Shown here: in pieces, positions 13,091-26,379 of the stretch
How the letters are laid out: each line of letters opens with the position of its first letter
Position numbering within the stretch: position 1 is the stretch's first letter
From: Octopus sinensis
Taxonomy: Eukaryota
Direction: 5' to 3'
Assembly: GCF_006345805.1 (NCBI RefSeq)
Contig: NC_042998.1
Location: forward strand, 120,218,001 to 120,282,000
DNA: 64,000 bases
Notes under the pieces: generated by a model
Databases searched by the model: none
What the model was told of the DNA's origin: nothing
The model's input: the letters and a program-made list of their open reading frames with translations, nothing else
Made by a program: the position numbers and the translations under genes

Positions 13091-13567
13091 CCCTTCATTC
13101 TTTATGATGACACTATCTTTCTAGCTATTTCTCTATATTCTGTTGATAACTTTACCTATCATCTTTCTTCTAACTCATCTGCAGACTTTAATATTTATTT
13201 GTCTCTGCTCATTCTTTATTTTATGCTGTTGGCTTTTGCTTTCTTCAACGTGTGTTATTCTGATGTGTGTGTGCGCATGTATGTTACTTTGTGCTCTAAT
13301 CCATCTCCATAAAAGTGTATCAGTCTGTGTGTAGGTGAGGTTGTGCAGATGCATATTTGTCTATACATATGGGTGTCCCTGTTCTAATAGGTATATGTAG
13401 GTACATATGTTTTGTTTTGGTTGTACCTTAGTATCTTCTCATGCACACATGTGTGCATGACAGGGAGAGAGAGAGAGAGAAGATACTTAGGTACAACCAA
13501 AACAAAAAATATGTACCTACATATACCTATTAAAACAGGGACACCCATATGTATAGACAGGGACACC

Positions 13568-13612
<45 letters not shown>

Positions 13613-14407
13613 CACACACAACACACTCATATATGTAGTGTATGTGTATATGTACACATACACACGTGCTAGTCAGCAGAGTACTCACCATTACCAAGGC
13701 TGAAAAGTAGCTATTAATTGTTTTTAATGAACGTTTATTAGAACACTATTAGATTTCTCTTGAAAAGTTATTTTTCATGTAAGAAATGAAATTATCCAAT
13801 ATGGTTATAGCAGTCTGATGTCTAATGTACTGTGCTAGATGGAGGTAGACATTCACTATCAATAGTATATTTCATAATTTGTGTACATTACAAATACTGA
13901 TTCAAAGAAATTAAAGAAGAACACAGGATTAAATGTGAAAACAGTTAATTAAACTTTTATTCGTGATTTTCTTGAAATAATTAAATAATGAATCTTAAAG
14001 TTTTTAAAATACTTTAGAAAAGGAATAGAAACAAAAGTGTCAGAAAGTAAACTACTGATGGAAATTAAATCATTCTTATAATACATGGAAAAGATGTATT
14101 AGTGACACAAGGACAGTATTAATATGGAGAGGTAATATTTATCCCTACTTAAACATGGATGTTCTGTTAGAACAAACTATACTGTATTAGATATCATGAG
14201 ATAAATTCTCATAAAGGCTTTTGGTTATATCTCCAGTGTGAAAACCACCAGATCATGTGATTTTGACCTTTCTTGGTCTTGTTAATGATGGACACTCAAT
14301 TACTACAGGTAGTAGTGATTCATCTCCCTGCTAGCAATATATTGAATAACAGTGCTAGAACAGGCACTGGTACCATGATTAACTTGAGCTTGTTAAAAAA
14401 ATATATA

Positions 14408-14775
14408 TTTTGTGCCAAAAGCCAGTATGAGAGTTTCTCTGACGGTATCTACTGCAGTATAGTTTGTCACTAATATATATATTTTTAACAAGCTTACTGG
14501 CTAATTGTGACACCAGCACCTCTTCTGGCACTGTTATTCTATATATTGCTGGTGAGGAGATGAGTTACTGCTACTTCTAGCTGTCAAGTGTCCATCATTG
14601 ATAAGACCAAGAAAGGTTGAAATCATATGTTCTTGTGATTTCATGCCACCTCCAGTTTCAGCACTGGAGGTGGCAGGGATGTATCTCCTTGCTTGTGATA
14701 TAAACAAAAGTACATTCTGCACCAAAATCTAATACGAGAGCTTCTCTCAGGATATCTACTGCAGTGTAGTTTGTT
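14408..14775. repeat. ~60-bp direct repeat with 307-bp period enclosing a decayed hammerhead-like motif and a 13-bp hairpin
   Basis: 14408-14468 vs 14715-14775 (GAGAG-TTCTCT...ATCTACTGCAGT-TAGTTTGT); hairpin 14644-14675. Confidence 0.6.
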
Positions 14776-16211
14776 CTAATAGAACATTCATGTTTAAGTG
14801 GGGATAAAAGTACTCCACATGTGAAAAATGGTGTACCCAGAAGAAATAAATTATATTAAAGGTTGCTATGAGCCATACTTTATATGTTAGATCTTTACCT
14901 CTCTGAACATTTTCATATAAGACCTTCAGGGTATACAATGCTTTTTTATTTTATTTTATTTTTTTGCTTTACCAATGGCAGCTTAAAGAGATTACGAGGA
15001 GTCTCCAACTCTATACATGAAATTGGCCATAACATAAAAGTTACATAAAATTGGCCATTAGCAAAGCATTATTCCTCAAGAAATTACCTAGTAACTGTCA
15101 GTGTTTGTTCATGAGAGTGATTGAGAGGGTAAAACTTAGATGTCCTAGAAACTCAAATCTTCTAAATCAAAAGAGCACATCTGTTCATATGAGTGGAAGT
15201 CTGGTTATAATTACATCCTTTCTTTTGGTGCACCCAGTGAGTTTGGTTGACATGTTGCATAAGCTTCTTAATCATTTGTCTTGTGCCATTGCATAACTAC
15301 ACTGAATTAAATCACACAGTAGCATTATTAGCTATGTCTGTATAGCAAGAAATATGAATGCTCTTGTGAATTTTAAAATTCTGTAGGGTAGTAAAATATT
15401 TCTTCTTGATTCAAAACATGTCTATTGATTTGCAGGTAAACAGGCATAAATAATGATGATGATGATGATAATGTATAGCTATTTCTTAGAAGTTCTTGTA
15501 ACAGCTGCCAGTTCATGGTGTTACGCAAAATCATTTTTCTTTTGCTCAGTCACTTGTGTGTGACTTAATGATGTTGCAGCTTGAGACAAAACTTTCAACA
15601 TCAATTTATCTATTATAAAAGTACTCCACTTAGAGGAGTTGGATCCATTGTACCATTAGTGTCAGCAGAAAATCTTCCCTCTTCAACTTGGAAGAAATTT
15701 ATAGCCAAATGACCAAACAACTGATTTCCAAAAAGATTGATTTGTGTTTACAGGCAGCTTGAAGATTTTTAAATTTTGGTCCAATGCAAAGAGGATATAA
15801 AGCTAGCACATGTGCACATCATACACTCACACACACATGTACACATGCTTGAGCATTGTGTATGTGTATGCATATGTATGTGTATGTATATGTATATGCA
15901 TATGCTTGTACACATGTATGTATATATACGTCTGTACATGTGGATAAAAGGAAAAGTGAATGTTATGTTGTTTTGTCTAAAGAATATGGAAAAATCTGTT
16001 AAATGCATTAAACTGTCTCAAAGTCTTGTCGAAAGCTATTTTACACATCAATATCGAATAAAGGTGGATTCAGTTGATTTATTAAAATTCCACTTTTTAA
16101 AATTGATTACTTTGCATAAAAACTTCATTATTTACCTTGATACATCACACATGACACAATTATATGTATTTATAATGCAATAATACATACTTATAGCCAC
16201 AGATATATCAT

Positions 16212-16271
<60 letters not shown>

Positions 16272-17276
16272 TGTATAATAGTATTGTAATAAATTAAAGA
16301 AACTGGGTCATTTATGACATATATACATAGGTTTTGGGCTGTGTGCATGTGTACATTCATGCACCCTCCCCCATTCATACACATATGTGTTATGAATGGT
16401 ATTAATACTTTTAAGATTTATGTTTAAGCCTAGTTCAGAAACCAAGTTTGAAAATGATTAAAATACCTTGTATGAAAGATGATATAGGAACTTATTCAAA
16501 AATATTGAAAAGTGTAATGTATAGCCTGATTTAGAAACTGAACTATGAACAAAACCAGAAACATGTTTAAAACTTGGATATAAACATTAGTTTAAAACTA
16601 TAACACACGCACACAAATTTATAAGTTACTCTGAAATAATATGTTCAGAATCAGTCTTTAAAGATTTGGGGTGTAATGTAGGCATGTTCTAAATAGTTTA
16701 TGCCTTTTTAAAACAACACTTAACAAATTCTTATTGAGTAGTTAATCCTTAGTAAGGAACTCAAGGTTTCCATGATACACAAATTACGAGAACTTCTTTT
16801 CCCATTCATACTCTAGTCCAACTTCACTACACACTTATTCAATTTAGAATATTGAATTCTTTTAGCTCCTAAACGTAATCTGATAATAGTAAAATCACAT
16901 TGCTTCTGACCTTATTATGAATTGAGTGAGTTTGCATATACACATATTTAAATATATTAGTGCTTAATCCTAAACAGGCCATTGTAGAGTTGAAGTTTTA
17001 ACAGTACACTAACTCCTTTGTCTGACAATTATTCTTCATTGTGCAAATATTCAGATGAATGTAAATGTAATTATTGCCTGATTATTATCTTTATTTATAC
17101 TGTGTCTCAGTCATACTAGAACTATGTCATACTGGAGCTATATTCTGAGTAATTTGGTGCTTTTGAATATGATGGTTTTACTGTATTCCTATTAATGATT
17201 TTGTGATATCTCTGTTGGGCTTATGAGAAAAATTTATAGGTATAGGCTTTTTATGCTGAAATATTGAACCATGTTA

Positions 17277-18005
17277 TTTGCATCATCATCATCATTTAGC
17301 GTCCATTGTCCATGCTGGCATGGGTTGGACAGTTTGACCAAGGCTGGCAAGTTGGAAGGCTGCACTAGACTCCAGGCTGATTTGGCATGGTTTCTATGGC
17401 TGGATGCCTTTCCTAACGCCATCCACTCCAAGAGTGCAATGGGTGCTTTTATGTGCCATCAATATGGGTACCATTTGTGTGACACCAGTATCTGCCATGA
17501 TTGCGATTTAACTTGGCTTGATGTGTCTTCTCAAGCACAACATAATGCCAAAGGTCTCAGTCATTGCCTCCATCAGGCCCAACACTTGAAAGGAGCTCAG
17601 TCACTTTGCCTCCATAAGGCCCAACACTTGAAAGGTGCTTTTTATGTGCCCCCAGCATCAGTCACAACTGTGATTTCACTTGGCTTGGCAGGTCTTCTCA
17701 AGTACAACATATCGCCAAAAGTCTTGGTTACTAGTCATTGCCTTTGTGAGGTCCAAAGTTGAAAGATTATGCTTCACTACCTCATCCCACATCTTCCTGG
17801 GTCTACCTCTACCATAGGTTCCCTCCACAGTTAGAGATTGGCACTTCTTTACACAGCTGTCCTCTTTCATCTACATCACATGACCATACCAATGCAGTCA
17901 TCTCTCTTTCCTCTTATGCCCAACTTTTCTCTTAAGATACTTACACTCTGTTGAACATGCACACAGACATCACACATCCAGCAAAGCAAACTGGCTTCAT
18001 TTCTT
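17277..18005 (-). mobile_element. RTE LINE 3' fragment with 3' UTR and (ATG)n tail
   Basis: Minus ORF MKEDSCVKKCQSLTVEGTYGRGRPRKMWDEVVK (RTE C-terminal); shared UTR. Confidence 0.85.
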
Positions 18006-18009
18006 TCTA

Positions 18010-19250
18010 TGTAACATAGCTGTTCACCCACAGGTATCATACAATCTGCCTTTCACTCTGAGAGGTAAGAGCTCTCTTATTCCCCAACATATTGGCTTAT
18101 CTTTTATATACTGCTTGAATGAAAGCTTGTTCTTTGTGGGGATCATTCCTTCATCTAGCGATAAATCACAGCCACACACATAGTGTTGTTTGAATTTATC
18201 AAGCAAGTGAGTGAATATAGGATGAGTCTTGTACAATTTATCATTCCTATCAATGTTCTGATCATCCTTGTTCACACAGTACAATAAAGATCAAATAGCA
18301 TGAAATCTGTTGTGGCTCATGATCTTTGGAAAACCTGAGGTCAGTGTTAGTAAAGTACTGGTCATAGCAATCCTTGTGCACCAGCATTTCCATTAGTCAC
18401 CTGGAGACCAAAAATGGCTTTTAGTGCTTCCAATGAAAGTTTTTGCTCATGCAAAATTTTTGCTGAGAAATTATTTGGCTTCACCCGAAATACACATTCT
18501 GCTTGATTCTTAGTTTCCTCGAGTAAAATATCCCATAAATCGTCATTCCAGAATAAACTAAAATAATCAATTTGAGTGCTGTCTACATTTATAGAGTCAG
18601 GCATGTTCCTGGGCCCTGGTGGATTATCTGGTGTAAATTGGTGCTCTGCAAAGCCTATAGTGTCTCTCTACCATCCTGGAGGAGTATTGGCTGTTACTCT
18701 GGGTGGAACATTGGGCCTACAACCTCACCAGCTTCCATATGGAGCACACCTGCCATTCCTGCCACAAACATGCCCACTATTCTGATGACCGATAGGCACT
18801 GCACCATGCACATTTGCTGGTGGCTGTACATTTTGTACAGCAGCATAATTGTTGGGATTATCACTATCACTTTCTGGATCTAAATTGTCAGATCCACTCT
18901 CAAAATCAGCATCATTACTTTAATCATCATTGTCAGTGTCCTCTTCTTCAGACAACAACACTTGGTTCAAGACATCACTCACAGACAAGTTTGTCCAACT
19001 CATTTTCACAAAAAACTAGCAGGAGCAGCTTCAATCATTGGGAAGTACTTCCTGTGATAGTGCACGTGCAAGGTGACGATCAGATGCAATGTCACTAGTT
19101 GGCTGAGGAGTTGTTAAGCAATATGTTTGTAAACAGTACAATGTAGCAGCCAGTAAAGCTGCCGCTGGGGTATTTGTATCTGCAGCTGGCTGTTGGAATA
19201 GTGGCTGCTGGGGTTCTGAGGGATACTTTCAAAAAGTAGAAAGATACAAG
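18010..19250 (-). mobile_element. piggyBac (PGBD-like) transposase pseudogene, N-terminal half
   Basis: IDYFSLFWNDDLWDILLEETKNQAE and DKLYKTHPIFTHLLDKFKQHY...LSLDEGMIPTKNKLSFKQYIKDKPICWGI (first catalytic D). Frameshifted, and ends where the RTE fragment begins. Confidence 0.88.
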
Positions 19251-19339
19251 CCAGTTAAATCTATAACCTCAGCAGCACCAGTGTGTATAAGGGTAGATGG
19301 CTATGAAAATCGATCTGTGTGTGTGTGTGCATCTCTCTT

Positions 19340-19447
<108 letters not shown>

Positions 19448-20159
19448 AATAATATGTGTATGTATAATTGAACAAATTGAACTCACTACTTCTTTTAAAT
19501 CTGGTACTTATTTTATTGGTGTTATTTGGTACTAGGATGTAAACTAACACCTGTTTCAAGTGGTGAGGTGGAGGCAGATAGAAAGATGCAGGTGCATGCA
19601 CACTTATACATTCACATGTATGACAGGCTTCCACACAGAAGCTCTGTCAATGCCTGTTGTTTCTATGTGTTTCTATCAATTGCCCACAAGGATTTGCTTA
19701 GTAGAAAATACTTTTCCAAGATGGCATGCTGTGGCAGTCATTGAACCTGAAACTACATCATTGTGAAGCAAACATCTCAGCTACACAGCCATACCTGCAC
19801 CTTTAAGTTGTCTGTAGAATTTTAATTAATCTGTGAAATCTGCCCTAAAATTATATCTACAAGTCGTTTTGAAATAACCTTAGTATCAAGTTCAATGCAT
19901 CTAACAGATTTTTTCAGAATTTTTTATATAAAAATAAAAATGATATTCATTTGATAATCAGTTCCAACTTCTGAAGCAGATTTATATCTGTAAGGATTCT
20001 TGAATAAATCTACATTTCAGATTGCACTTTATTTGATAATAGAGATATTACTGATATGTTGAGTACTTTGATAAGTTGTTGGCAATGTTTTGATTGGGTG
20101 TGCAAATGTGTATGTATGAGTGTATGTGTTGTGTATATGCATGTTTATGTTTATAACTG

Positions 20160-20227
20160 TGTGTGTGTATATATATATATATTTATATATGAGTATGTGT
20201 GCATGTGTGTCTCTCTCTCTCTCTCCC

Positions 20228-20258
<31 letters not shown>

Positions 20259-20296
20259 TATATGTATATATATATATAAATAGGTATGTGTGTATA

Positions 20297-20341
<45 letters not shown>

Positions 20342-20388
20342 ATATGTATATGTGTATATATATATATATATGTGTGTGTGTGTATATG

Positions 20389-20440
<52 letters not shown>
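20160..20440. repeat. Long compound (TA)n/(TG)n/(CT)n microsatellite. Others at 1510-1550, 7322-7377, 8867-8948, 9293-9327 (GGTT), 16214-16266, 19318-19447, 22540-22700, 33445-33567
   Basis: Directly visible simple repeats. Confidence 0.95.
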
Positions 20441-20443
<3 letters not shown>

Positions 20444-21979
20444 GATCTTCATCATAACATTCACATATCTATCCTCAGCATCATTGTTTTGTACTCACTT
20501 CGACAAGACTAAAGGGGCCTCTTGGCTTTTTACTGAACAGAAATGCACTGGGTGCAATTTATTGTAGTACCGGCACTAGAGAAGATAAGGTTTATAGTGT
20601 AATGGACAGCAAGAGGTGGATAAATGGTGAGAGTGAATGATAGATGTTGATACCAAATGGCCAAGGGGAGGACATGAGCAGCATATATGGCCTACATGCA
20701 TATCTAATGAGGTCTCTTATTCATATGCTGCAGGATGGGGGGAAAGAGCACTATGGTGATAAGGATGAGAGAGGAAGTAGGTGAGGTGTTGGTGAGTAGG
20801 TTAGATGGTGCTAGTGCATGCTTGGTTACACTGAAGTAATGGATGGTGAACAGATCTCTATTGCCATTCTTAGTCACAGGAGAAAGTGATTGAGAAATGT
20901 GTGCTAGTGGTATGGGTGATAGATAGGTGGTTGTCAGGTGCATGGGTCATAGATAGATGAATGATAAGAAGGATGTGTGATAAGGAGTGGGTGTGTGCAA
21001 TAGAAGGGTGATTAACTGGCATGTTAGATGAGACTATCAAAGATGCAGGCTTGATAGTATACACACACACACACACACACACAAATATAAGTATATATGC
21101 ATGGATATGTATGCATATATATGTATATGTAAATGTGTATGTATATATTTGCATAAACAGAGATGTAGGCTTGGTTGCATGATTGAGTCCCTTTGTTTTG
21201 GGTTGAGTCCCACTGCATAGCACCTTGGGCAAGTGCCGTCAACTTTAGGCTGATCAAAGCCTTGTAATGAATTTGTTAGACTGAAACTGAAAAGAAGCTC
21301 ATTGTGTTTGTTTGTGTGTGTGCATGTAGGATGGGGAATCTTCTTGTAATGACATTATCATCATTGGTTTAATGTCCATGTTTTTTCTATGCCCAGATGC
21401 CCCGTTTCCAGGTAAAGTAATATTTACCTTTGATCAGACATCATATGATGTCCTGGCAAAGAAATAGTAAAGCACGTGTACCCACACATTTGGTTGGGAA
21501 GTAAACTTCTTACATTGTGATACAAACCATGTTGCTTCTTTAAGATCTTCTGTGAAAACCTGTCCAGATTCAAGGGATATCATTATCTTGCTTGGAAACA
21601 AGTGAGGGTTGTCAACAAGGTGAAAGGAGGGCATCTGACTGTAGAAAATTTGCTTCAGTGAATTTCATCTGATCTATTCAGGCATCGGAAAGCAGATGCT
21701 AAAAAGATGATGAAGGTGATTATATAAACAAAAATATTCAATAGAAATAGCTTAGAGTGGCTAATGGCATTGATATGGATTATTAAAAAAAAACATCTTA
21801 AGGTATACCAAACACCATACAAGATAAATTCTTGATTTATTGAAATTCTCTTCCTTTAGAGAGAAGAAGCAATTGGAACTACCTCCAAATGAAAAGAGGA
21901 GTTAGTCTCAAGAATCAAGAATCCACCTCAACTGGTATGCCATTTAGGATAGGATAGCTCTGACCATCTGGAAGCAACA

Positions 21980-22022
21980 GCTGTCAACACATTTCTACCT
22001 CAATAGGCATCATCAGCACAGC
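21980..22022 (-). ncRNA. Decayed minimal hammerhead ribozyme motif
   Basis: Minus strand reads gctgtg CTGATGA tgcc tattga ggta GAA atgtgt t gacagc. ATGTGT is the CpG-decayed form of the canonical ACGCGT palindrome. Confidence 0.55.
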
Positions 22023-22221
22023 AGTCGTCCCACCCTAATTTCAACAGAAAACATACTTAGACATACAAAGAGTAGAGGTATATTTCTCACCAAGGTTTAT
22101 TGCATAATTAAAAAGAACCAAGAAAAACAGCACTAGATGAATAACAGTATACAAAATTCTATACGAGATAAATGTGTGTGTGTGTGTGTGTGCGTGTGTG
22201 TATATATATATACATGAATGC

Positions 22222-22540
22222 ATGTGACTTAATGGCTAGAGTATTCGGCTTGCAGTCATACGGTTGCGAGTTCGATTCCTGACAGTGCGTTGTGTCCTTG
22301 AGCAAGACACTTTATTTCATGGTGCTCTAGTCCACTCAGGTGGCATAAAAGAGTAGTACCTGTATTTCAAGGGGCCAGCCTTGTCGCACTCTGTGTCATG
22401 CCAAATCTCCCTGAGAAATATGTAATGGTGCACCTGTATCTGTGGAGTGCTCAGCCACTTGCACGTTAATCTAATGAGAAAGCTGTTCTGCTGATCATAT
22501 CAGCTGGAACCCTTGTTGTCATAACCAACAGAGTGCTCCT
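22222..22540 (+). mobile_element. tRNA-derived SINE (second family)
   Basis: Head with GGTTGCGAGTTCGATTCC B-box, then TGTCCTTGAGCAAGACACTT; flanked by (TA)n. Confidence 0.75.
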
Positions 22541-22552
22541 TTATATATATAT

Positions 22553-22599
<47 letters not shown>

Positions 22600-23653
22600 G
22601 TGTGTGTGTTTGTGTACATATGTATGTATCTCTCTCTCTCCCTACATACACATCCATTTATACTCGCATGATTTCTGTGTGTGTGTGTGTGTGTGTGTAT
22701 ATATGCATGTATGTAAGTATGCACATACATTGAATAGTTGATTAAAAGGTCTAGTGGTCTAGTGAAGTGTACTACATATCAATGTATGCTTGTATATATT
22801 ATATATAGCAACTTGCAAAAGCAAACCAGACTACAGCTGTTAGTTATAAATCAAGGTGGTAAACAAATGGAGATAAGCTTCTATGTTGAAACAGATGTTT
22901 GTAAATAAATATTGCGACTGTAGACATACAGTTGAGGAATAAGTAGGGAATATTCCAATATAGGCATGTTTTGTATATTGATGGGAGTATTTTTCTGGAT
23001 GAATTATTACAGAGTTCCTGTCAAGTCATATAGCTGTTGGTTGCTATTTCTTATCTCATCAGTGTACAACACTAATTAGAACTAAGGCATTATTAGCTGT
23101 ACCTTAGCTACATATCACTGTTGTTGGTTTTGATTCAAAGTACATATACAGTGTTTGTATTTACATGTACGAACACATACAACAGTGTATAGAAACACTG
23201 CTATTATTTCAACTCTCAGATCAATTTTGATTAAGCAGATGTATGATCAAAGGTGTTCTAATTGTGATGATTCCATTTTTTGCCTAGATATTTAGGACTA
23301 CTATTCAATGTTTTCTTCTTTCTTAAATTGATAGGGATGTAAGATGAGAAAGACTTGGCTACTGTGAAGTGGATATTTCGATGATTGTGGTAGCGGTGGT
23401 GGTGTTATGGCTGTGCTGCTTTCTAGTTAATCATACCACCTAATAAAGTTTAGTGGCATAAACCTCAATGGTCAAATACTGTAAGTTGTAAAATAAAAGA
23501 TAAGGATCACTATAGTTCCTTTGAGGTGACAAAGAGTAAACACATGTCAGTGTGCTAACACATGTTGTTTGTTTAGTAATTAGTTGGTTAACCTTTTTTG
23601 TTTGTGGTTTACAATGAATGTGTGTGTGCCTATAATAGAAAGGGTTATTATTA

Positions 23654-23865
23654 AGGCAGTGAGCTGGTAGAATTGTTAGCATGTCGGCAAAATGCTTAGC
23701 AGCATTTCATCCATCTTTATGTTTTGAGTTCAAATTCCGCCAAGGTCAACTTTGCTTTTCATCCTTTCGGTGTTGATAAATTAAGTACCAGTAAAACACT
23801 GGGGTAGATGCAATCGACCAGTCCCCTCCCACAAAATTTCAGGCCTTGTACCTTTAGTAGAAAGG
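23654..23865 (+). mobile_element. tRNA-derived SINE, third family (copies 31695-31901 +; 35940-36110, 42026-42254, 54570-54700, 56510-56710, 56760-56975 -)
   Basis: GGCAGTGAGCTGG-AGAA head, GAGTTCAAATTCC B-box, CTTTCATCCTTTCGGGGTCGATAAATTAAGTACCAG core. Confidence 0.8.
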
Positions 23866-23929
23866 ATGATGATGATGATGATGATGATGATTATTATTAT
23901 TATTATGACGACAGCGGCGGCAACGACGA

Positions 23930-25050
23930 CTTGGGCTCATACTTATTCCTGGTAGAAATTTATGTGGGTAGCAGGTTACTACCTGTAGCCTTTGGGTATC
24001 CACAAGCTTTCAATTGCTTAAGACCTTACTGATAGTCTTTCCTGTCAAACTTCCTGCAGAAGCTCTGCAGGACATTCTATTCCAATCTCCTACAACTATT
24101 TGTCTATATCTTTGCTTGCAGTTCCCAATGCTCCAATTATTATAGGCACAACTTATACGCTTTTCATATTCCAAATACTTGCTAATTCAAATTTTAAGGG
24201 ATTGTATTTTCTTTTGTTTTTCATCTTCCCTCTACATGTTCCTGGAACTGTCTTGTCTATTATTTTCTACGTCTTGTCCATTTGAATAAGAAAGTCCCAC
24301 AGAATCTTACAATTCTCTGACTCCATCAGTCTTTCAACTGATGTTCACACCATGTGTTTCTGGCTTCAAATCCCTATTTCTGGCAAAGCTTCTATTGTAA
24401 AAACTTTTACAACCTGGTCATGCTTCCATTTCTTATATTCTTTCTGTGCCAACTTGGGACATTCTGCAACAATGTGTACCACTGTCTCATTCTAAATTCC
24501 ACAGACTCTACATTTTTCTGACATATTCTCCCTATATACATTTTTCCTCAAGTTGTTTGTTTTTATTGCTTGATCCTGGGGTGCTACAATTTCTTTTTTT
24601 TAATTGCCCTTTTTTTAACCAAGCCCAGTATTTTGTTCCATATACATCTTCAGTGGCTCTCCAAAACTGACCATGTAGAAGTTTCTCTTCAATCTGTCTA
24701 ATGTGCTCTCTTTGAATTTCATTCTTGTCCTTTTCTCCTATTCCACACTTGATCACCTGTCCTTTATTCACTGTCTTTAGTAGTTTCTCTGAGCTGTTCT
24801 GTAAATATTTTAGTAGACTTTTTCTTTCCATCTCTATACACTCTTCCATGGCAATTAAGCCTCTTCCACCCTAGTCTCTCTTCAGGTACATCTGGTTGAT
24901 ATCAGCTTTTGGATGCTCGACTCTGTGCGTTGTCAATAGTTTTTTTAATTTTTCTGTCAAGTTTCTGTATATTGTTTTTGGTCAAGTCTACAATTCCAAC
25001 TCCATATCTGATAAGGAGTACTGCTGATTATTTGTCTTTAAATTTTAACT
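23930..25050 (-). mobile_element. R4/Dong-like non-LTR retrotransposon 3' part (restriction-like endonuclease domain)
   Basis: Minus-strand peptides LHGQFWR...WAWLKKGQLKK, KILWDFLIQ, VVPIIIGALGT...ELLQ; adjoins (TAA)n/(CAT)n at 23866-23905. Confidence 0.8.
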
Positions 25051-25616
25051 CCTTGTAAAGATAAATTTTAGTATTGCATTGGAAAAAAATCAGGTGGTTC
25101 AGGTTTTAGAACTTAACAAATCAGTCAATATTGTTCCTACCACTATCATCATCAAGCTACTAACCATTGTTATCATTGCCATTTTTTACCTTAACATTTA
25201 ATTCTCATAAAATAGTGTTAATAATGCCAAGAGATTTTTTATTTTTGATTGGTGAACTTTTTATTATGTTAAATTTAAATAAATTGTTTAAATCTATTAA
25301 ATCTCCCATGTGATAAAATATTTTCAAACTGAACATTTCGTTATTGAATATTAGATAATGCTAATTTAATTATAGGATTTTTCAAAGAAAGATTTGAGAC
25401 ATTAAGTTTCTAATGTTAATTGATCAAGATAGGAAGTTGATTAATTTATTCATTATCTATAAAATTTATTATTGCTACTCTGAATTCTTTCTTGGTTTTT
25501 GATATTTACTTATTCTTTACTTAGTTTGGTTTTCTTAGAATTATGAGTTCATATTCATTTTGGGCAGTTGATTTTCTCCATCAGAACTGCTAAGTAACAA
25601 TTGTTGCCTCTTATAG

Positions 25617-25657
25617 ATTTGAATTCATAGAGCTAAGAAAAGCAGACCATGTGAAAA
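25617..25657 (+). CDS. Candidate 41-nt exon (A+FEFIELRKADHVK+A)
   Basis: ttgcctcttatag acceptor, AA|gtaagt donor. Only one frame is open (phase 2 to 1) and it fits exon 37932. No homology support. Confidence 0.35.
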
Positions 25658-26379
25658 GTAAGTAAATATTATTTCAGTGATGACCATCCATCCTGTCCTA
25701 CCATTTTAAGATTATCTAAGACTGATACATCGAATTTTTATTTTAATACTGAAGTGTAATTTGAAGATTTGTGAATTTTAGCTGGTCGAATGACCATGTA
25801 AGAGGTTTCCATTGTATGCAGTAACTTGAATATTGGAGCAATTTTACATGCCTAGTTGCCCACCTAATTATTAATTTGGGGGTGGGGGACATAGGTTGTA
25901 AGGATATGTGTGTGTGTTGGGTTTGGTAGTAAGGAATCATACTTGTAGTAAGCTGGTTTTTCCTTTCAAGGAAAGTTTCTCCAATTTAATTATTCATCTT
26001 AATGAATCATTATATTAAAATAAACCCCACCTTCTGAAGTAACCAACTTCATCGTCCTGTTACCATCAGTGCGTCTTATATCTCAGAACCTGAGAAGAAC
26101 ACTCTCTCTAGTCTTTCCTTGGAAATGCAACTCCTCTGGAATTATCTCTACACACATTTTATCTCTGGACATAGGCCAGCAGATGTTCAAACTGAACATG
26201 AACCACATCACTCTCTCAGTCTGATAGAACTTGCAAAGGTCTTCCTCTCAATATCTAATAAAACAAAACCAACTTTATTCTCTTCTGAGAATCTTTATTT
26301 GAAGTTTTCAGTGGTGAGTTAGTGGTGGTGGGAACTTTTGAAAAGGCAATATATAGATAGGTGGAAATACTTTGAAGCA

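Noticed and set aside
23030-23070. Hammerhead-like CTGATGA gataa GAAA tagc...gcta ta (minus)
   Set aside because: Stem III forms, but there is no stem II and stem I has only 2 bp.
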